From Eledone cirrhosa (Eukaryota), in NCBI GenBank assembly GCA_964016885.1, contig OZ024746.1:71858001-71922000 (forward strand): a stretch of DNA of 64,000 nucleotides. Reading direction: 5' to 3'. The notes under the pieces were generated by a model. It was not told the origin of the DNA. It worked only from the letters and a program-made list of their open reading frames with translations, and did no database searches. Below, one piece after another: positions 58,283 to 64,000 of the stretch (positions within the stretch are counted from its first letter, which is position 1; each line of letters starts with the position of its first letter). Both the position numbers and the translations under genes were made by a program.

Positions 58283-58844
58283 TGCTGACTACAAAGTCTA
58301 CACAGTTTTGAGATGAAAATGAAAATTTCGCCCCAGAAAGGGGCGAAAATTAGTTGACTCAACGTCTGACGGCCCAGGCAAGGGGTTAAACTAAACAATG
58401 CTATTAAATTGAGCAATGAACTCAGAGTTTTTTTGACAATAATCCGTAAAAATCCGGAGCGAAGTAATTCACGTCTATATCAAGTGGTAATTGATATAGA
58501 GAGGAAAACACACATCGATTTGGATATGCGCTACAATCTATGTACATTTCATGTTTATCGCATATCGAAGCTTTCTGATCATTTTAGAGTGCAAAGAGCT
58601 AAACTAATCACTACAACTAATCTACCAAATGTTAACCCCCCCCCCCCACCCCAATCACAAATTCAGAAATGCTTCCACCCTCCTGATATATATATATATA
58701 TAAGGAAAAAGAGATGTGAGAGTGAGGGGTGGCTAAATAGATCCGATTTGATTATGTCACTTTCCGTGTTCCATAGTTTAGCTTCGCGGTGACAATATTG
58801 TTTTACAAACTAGTATCAGCTACCGGCTTTGCACCATCATCACC

Positions 58845-58876
<32 letters not shown>

Positions 58877-59214
58877 CATTAACATCATCATCATTAACAT
58901 CATCACCAGCATCACCAACACAATCATTATCGCCACCACCTCTCATTCATCCTTCCTTTCAAATTTGGCTCGTGTTCACTTGTATCGTACTGCTCTGACA
59001 TGTCGTGTGTATATGTATGTTTGAGCGTGTGTGTGTGTGTGTGTGTGAGTATGTGTATGGGTGTATGGGTGTATGTCTGCATGCAAATATCTATTTATGT
59101 ATATGTGTATACCTATGGTGATGTACGCATAATAGATGTGTCAGTCAGTTTGTATGTCATTAGCTGAATTGTTTTGTGGGTATAAATGTGAGGATGCATG
59201 TTTATGGTGTGAGT

Positions 59215-59326
<112 letters not shown>

Positions 59327-59529
59327 ATATATGTGAGTACGTGGGTTTGTGTGTGTGTGTGTAAATATATATGTGAGTACGTGGGTTTGTGTGCGCGTGT
59401 GTATGTTTGTGTATGTGTTTATGTGTCTGAATGCGTGCGAGCACGTGTAAATATATGTACGCACACATACACACATACACATACACACACACATGTACAC
59501 ACACAAACCCACCTATTTATTCATATATA

Positions 59530-59569
<40 letters not shown>

Positions 59570-59573
<4 letters not shown>

Positions 59574-59867
59574 GAAGTTATATTTAATTTGTTGGGATAC
59601 AACAAGCGAATATTTTTATAACTGATATAAAGCACTCAACAAATTATTGGAGTAAAAATACAATATATTAACAAATGGAAATTATATTTATAAAACCATA
59701 TTTATTTCATTATACATATTTCAAGGACACCAAAGCAAATTATGGTGCGCTTTCTTCAGATAAAATATAATATAGATCAGTTTTATAAACAAATATTGAC
59801 ATACCCTTAAAGAATGCGACCATGTCGGTTGGAAGCTCCCGGATAGTTTCCATTTGTTAATATATTG

Positions 59868-59872
<5 letters not shown>
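59570..59872 (-). mobile_element. Hammerhead-bearing fold-back element (same family as 63322-63757) in (TA)n
   Basis: Similar to 63322-63600. Minus-strand TTTTAT-CTGAAGA...GAAA-TATGTA-TA-ATGAAA at ~59704-59766, with a short inverted arm at 59846-59872. Confidence 0.75.
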
Positions 59873-59911
<39 letters not shown>

Positions 59912-60194
59912 CCTTCTATGTTGTTTACTTGTCCCCCTCGCTTTACGCGATTTACTGGTCCCAATAACTTCTTTTAGTTATTGCTCGCACCAACCTGAGG
60001 TATATGATTTTTAATGCGATGAAATATCAATGATGGTTGGCAAATCACTGACGAAGGACTAATTTTATCATATGTAACCCATGTGCAACCACGCAGTATT
60101 CTTCTTTCTTCTCATGTTTTTTATATATATATATATATATATCAATGATATTAATAAATGGAAACTATATTTATAAAACCATATTTATTGTATT

Positions 60195-60345
60195 GCAGCA
60201 AAGAGTTACGGCCCTTTAATGGTCTGAGTTCAAATCCCGCCAAGGTTAAATTTGCCTTTCATCCTTACGGGGTCGATAAAATAAAGTACCAGTAATACAC
60301 TGATATAATAGCTGGCCTTGTACCAAAAGTAGAAACAATTATATA
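60195..60345 (+). mobile_element. tRNA-derived SINE nested in a fold-back element
   Basis: 6012-family copy interrupting the left arm of a 63322-family hairpin (60157-60460). Confidence 0.75.
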
Positions 60346-60594
60346 TATTATATTTCAAGGGTACCAAAAAACTTTGGAGTCAAAGTTTTTTGGCAAAGTT
60401 TTTTGGCACCCTTGAAAAATATATAATAAAATAAATATGGTTTTATAAATATAGTTTCCATATATAGTTTTCATTGATATTATACTACAGGAAACACTGC
60501 TTCGAATCTGTTATAAATAAATTTGTTGAATTACCAGCAAATTAAATATTTCTTTGCTTATATATATATAAGATGTAAATTCCCGAGTTGTGTC

Positions 60595-60696
<102 letters not shown>

Positions 60697-60702
60697 ATAT
60701 AA

Positions 60703-61087
<385 letters not shown>

Positions 61088-61164
61088 ATATATATATGTG
61101 TGTGTGTGTGTGTAAAAGGTAAACAGAAATAACAACACAATCAGTACAGTATATGGAAGGAATA

Positions 61165-61345
61165 TATTGGCAGTATCGGTAGAGGGTCGGACGCCATGCT
61201 TTCCAGCATAGTTACGTCCCTTTACGGTCTGAGTTAAAATCCCGCCGAGGTTGACTTTGCCTTTCATCCTTACGGGGTCGATAAAATAAAGGACCAGTAA
61301 TGCACTGGGTAATGGCTGGCCTTGTGCCAAAAGTAGAAACAATTA
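61165..61345 (+). mobile_element. tRNA-derived SINE (MetaSINE-like)
   Basis: Copy of the 6012 family. Confidence 0.85.
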
Positions 61346-61374
61346 TGTTAAGGCTTGAAATAGCAAGAAGAAGG

Positions 61375-61410
61375 TCTTAACATTTCAGACGCTAGTCCTT
61401 CATCAGAAGA
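61375..61410 (-). ncRNA. Ultra-minimal hammerhead ribozyme motif
   Basis: Minus strand: TCTT-CTGATGA-AGGACTAGCGTCT-GAAA-TGTT-AAGA. A degenerate relative lies at ~11970-12008. Confidence 0.65.
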
Positions 61411-61759
61411 AAGAAGGAAAAATTTGAAAGATTGAAGGGGCGGACAGGGCAGAATCGGAAAAAATGATTTCCCCTCGTCACGGACGCTTCGCTCTCGAGG
61501 ACACACACCAATTTTGACAACCAAAATATTTGAAAAACAATTGTAAACATAAATATAAGGTCCCGGCAGTTTGAGTCTTGTTACCTAATTTTTTATGATA
61601 TTTTGTTTATTTACTACTTTAACTAAGTATCATTTAAACACTTCATTGAGAGGTCATATGCAGGAGTTCAGATTACTGTTTAGCATAGATAATTTTCTTC
61701 TTGCGAATACATAGCAGATACAAAGTGCGAAAAGACATTAACAATCCAATAGGAACTCC

Positions 61760-62720
61760 AGCACTGGATTTTCTGTGTGAAACACCACTATAAGTTTGGC
61801 TCGTACAAGCAAGTCCAGAAACAATTTCATGCGTTTTGAGGAACGAACAAATCTCCTTCCTAAGCCAATATACAAAGCTGGGTGACGAAGTTTGTTTGAG
61901 ATCTATGGAACAGTTGAGAATCTCAATACAATGTCTGAAGACCGTCTTACTCACTATGGAAAGACCCAGGAAACGTATACAGGAAATTATTGACAAGGTC
62001 CACGAGTCTGTTGAAGAGAGCCCAAAACGATCACTGCACAGAAGACAATCCTTGGGCCTCTCCACAGAAACTTGCAGAAAGGTTGTCAAAAAGAATCTTA
62101 AGTAGTACCTCTACGGAATATAGACGAAACAAAGGCTTACTGTAGCTGATAAGAGCAAGAGAAAGATTATGGCTGAGAAAATGCTGGAGAAGATGGAACA
62201 CAACGCAAATTTTCTGAATCTGCTGTAGACATCTGATGAAAACCACTTTCACTCAAAGGGGAAGATTAACTCTAAGAACAATGTGTTCTGAGGGTCAGAA
62301 AAACCTACTGAAGGAGGTATGTAACCTCTCCACTCTGCTAAATATACCGTCTGGGTTGTCATTTCTGAGAGAGGTTTGATTGGCTCTTTCTTCTTCAAAG
62401 AAAATGGTATCAATGCTACAATCACAAAGGAACGCTATGTATATGTCCTGGAAGACTTCACAAAGGAGCTACAGACTATGTACCCATCTCTAATGTATAA
62501 GTTCTGGTTCCAGCAAGACGGAGCAAGCCCTCTCACATCCAATGAGTTGTGAGAATGGCTGAAATATAACTTTGGAAATCCTGTGATCAGTTTGAAGACT
62601 GATTTTGAGTGGACACCACACAGCCCTGATTTAAGCTCCCCGGATTTCTTTCTTTGGGGTTATCTGAAGAATCAGGACCATCACTGAACTAAAGGAAAGC
62701 ATCAGGGATTGAAAATTCGT
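61760..62720 (+). mobile_element. Dead Tc1/mariner DD41D (rosa/Visitor-type) transposase
   Basis: RPRK...ESVEESPKRS...LGLS..TCRKVVKKNL (HTH), TSDENHF, TVW..IS..GLIG.FFF, WFQQDGA-(41 aa)-DFFLWGYLK. Several in-frame stops. Confidence 0.9.
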
Positions 62721-63200
62721 TTCGGGGACAGCCCGCTAATTTGGTGTTATATCGATAGCAGACGGCCCCCGAATCGAATTTTCTATTTCTATATTCTATT
62801 TTTTGTTCTATTTCCTATCTTTTATTCTATGTTTGGGTTCAACGTAATCCTGTTAAATAATTCTGCAAATAACACCTGATGAAATCGCCTAGTCTTGCAT
62901 CACAATCGGATGCTAGTGCTGGGCTATCTAAATATGTGTAGTGCGTTCGCGGAATTAAAATTTTAAAGTAAATTTTCCAGTCCAGCCTTCTGCTGTTGTT
63001 TTAATGCGTATATATATATGTGTGTGTGAGTGTGTGTGTGTGTTTGTGTGTGTGTGTGTATGTGTGTATCAGAATGGAGGCGGTAAAAACCAGTTAGACC
63101 ATTACTCACCAGAGTACTCGATACTTGGGGTATTAGCGTGGGTAATATGAAAAATTTGGGACCCCGACGGCTGAGCTCCGGCCGTTTCAACAGCTAGATT

Positions 63201-63757
<557 letters not shown>

Positions 63758-63943
63758 GATATCGTTTTCAATACCACCTCCACCACCATCATCAACATGA
63801 TTCTGGCACCCCCTCCCTCTCCTACCCTCTCCATTATCATCACCACCACCACTACCACCGCCACAATCACCACCACCACTACCACCAGAATCATGCGGTG
63901 CCCCAGCATGGCCTCAGCCGGATGGCTGAAACAGGTAAAAGAG

Positions 63944-64000
<57 letters not shown>

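Larger units (their letters stand above)
52851..58488 (-). mobile_element. Near full-length Tx1/L1-clade non-LTR retrotransposon (frameshifted)
   Basis: ORF1 (zinc knuckle) plus ORF2 (APE-RT-CCHC), and a 3' UTR ending AATAAATAGAAAT. Candidate 10-bp TSD AATTGATATA at 52841-52850 and 58489-58498. Confidence 0.93.

Overview
This window is AT-rich animal (eukaryotic) DNA saturated with microsatellites: (TA)n, (CA)n, (CT)n, (TACA)n, (ATCT)n and (CCA)n. The repeat and SINE landscape resembles a cephalopod (octopus-like) genome, which is an inference. I found no intact host protein-coding gene, and most listed ORFs are translations of simple repeats. The recognisable content is mobile DNA: a near full-length but frameshifted Tx1/L1-clade LINE (~52851-58488, minus) plus several of its 3' fragments, two 5'-truncated RLE (R4/Dong-like) retroelements, a HERO-like and a CR1-like fragment, Penelope-like element (PLE) RT and GIY-YIG remnants, a Helitron helicase remnant with its 3' hairpin-CTAG end, a dead DD41D Tc1/mariner transposase and many tRNA-derived SINEs. 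The most striking signal is at least ten sequence-diverse minimal hammerhead ribozyme motifs (stem I-CUGANGA-stem II-GAAA-short, often palindromic stem III-UH-stem I, usually followed by AATAAA). Many of them lie inside 60-210 bp-armed fold-back palindromes set in (TA)n tracts, and some have greatly extended stem II. Each retroelement class also appears to occupy its own microsatellite motif.
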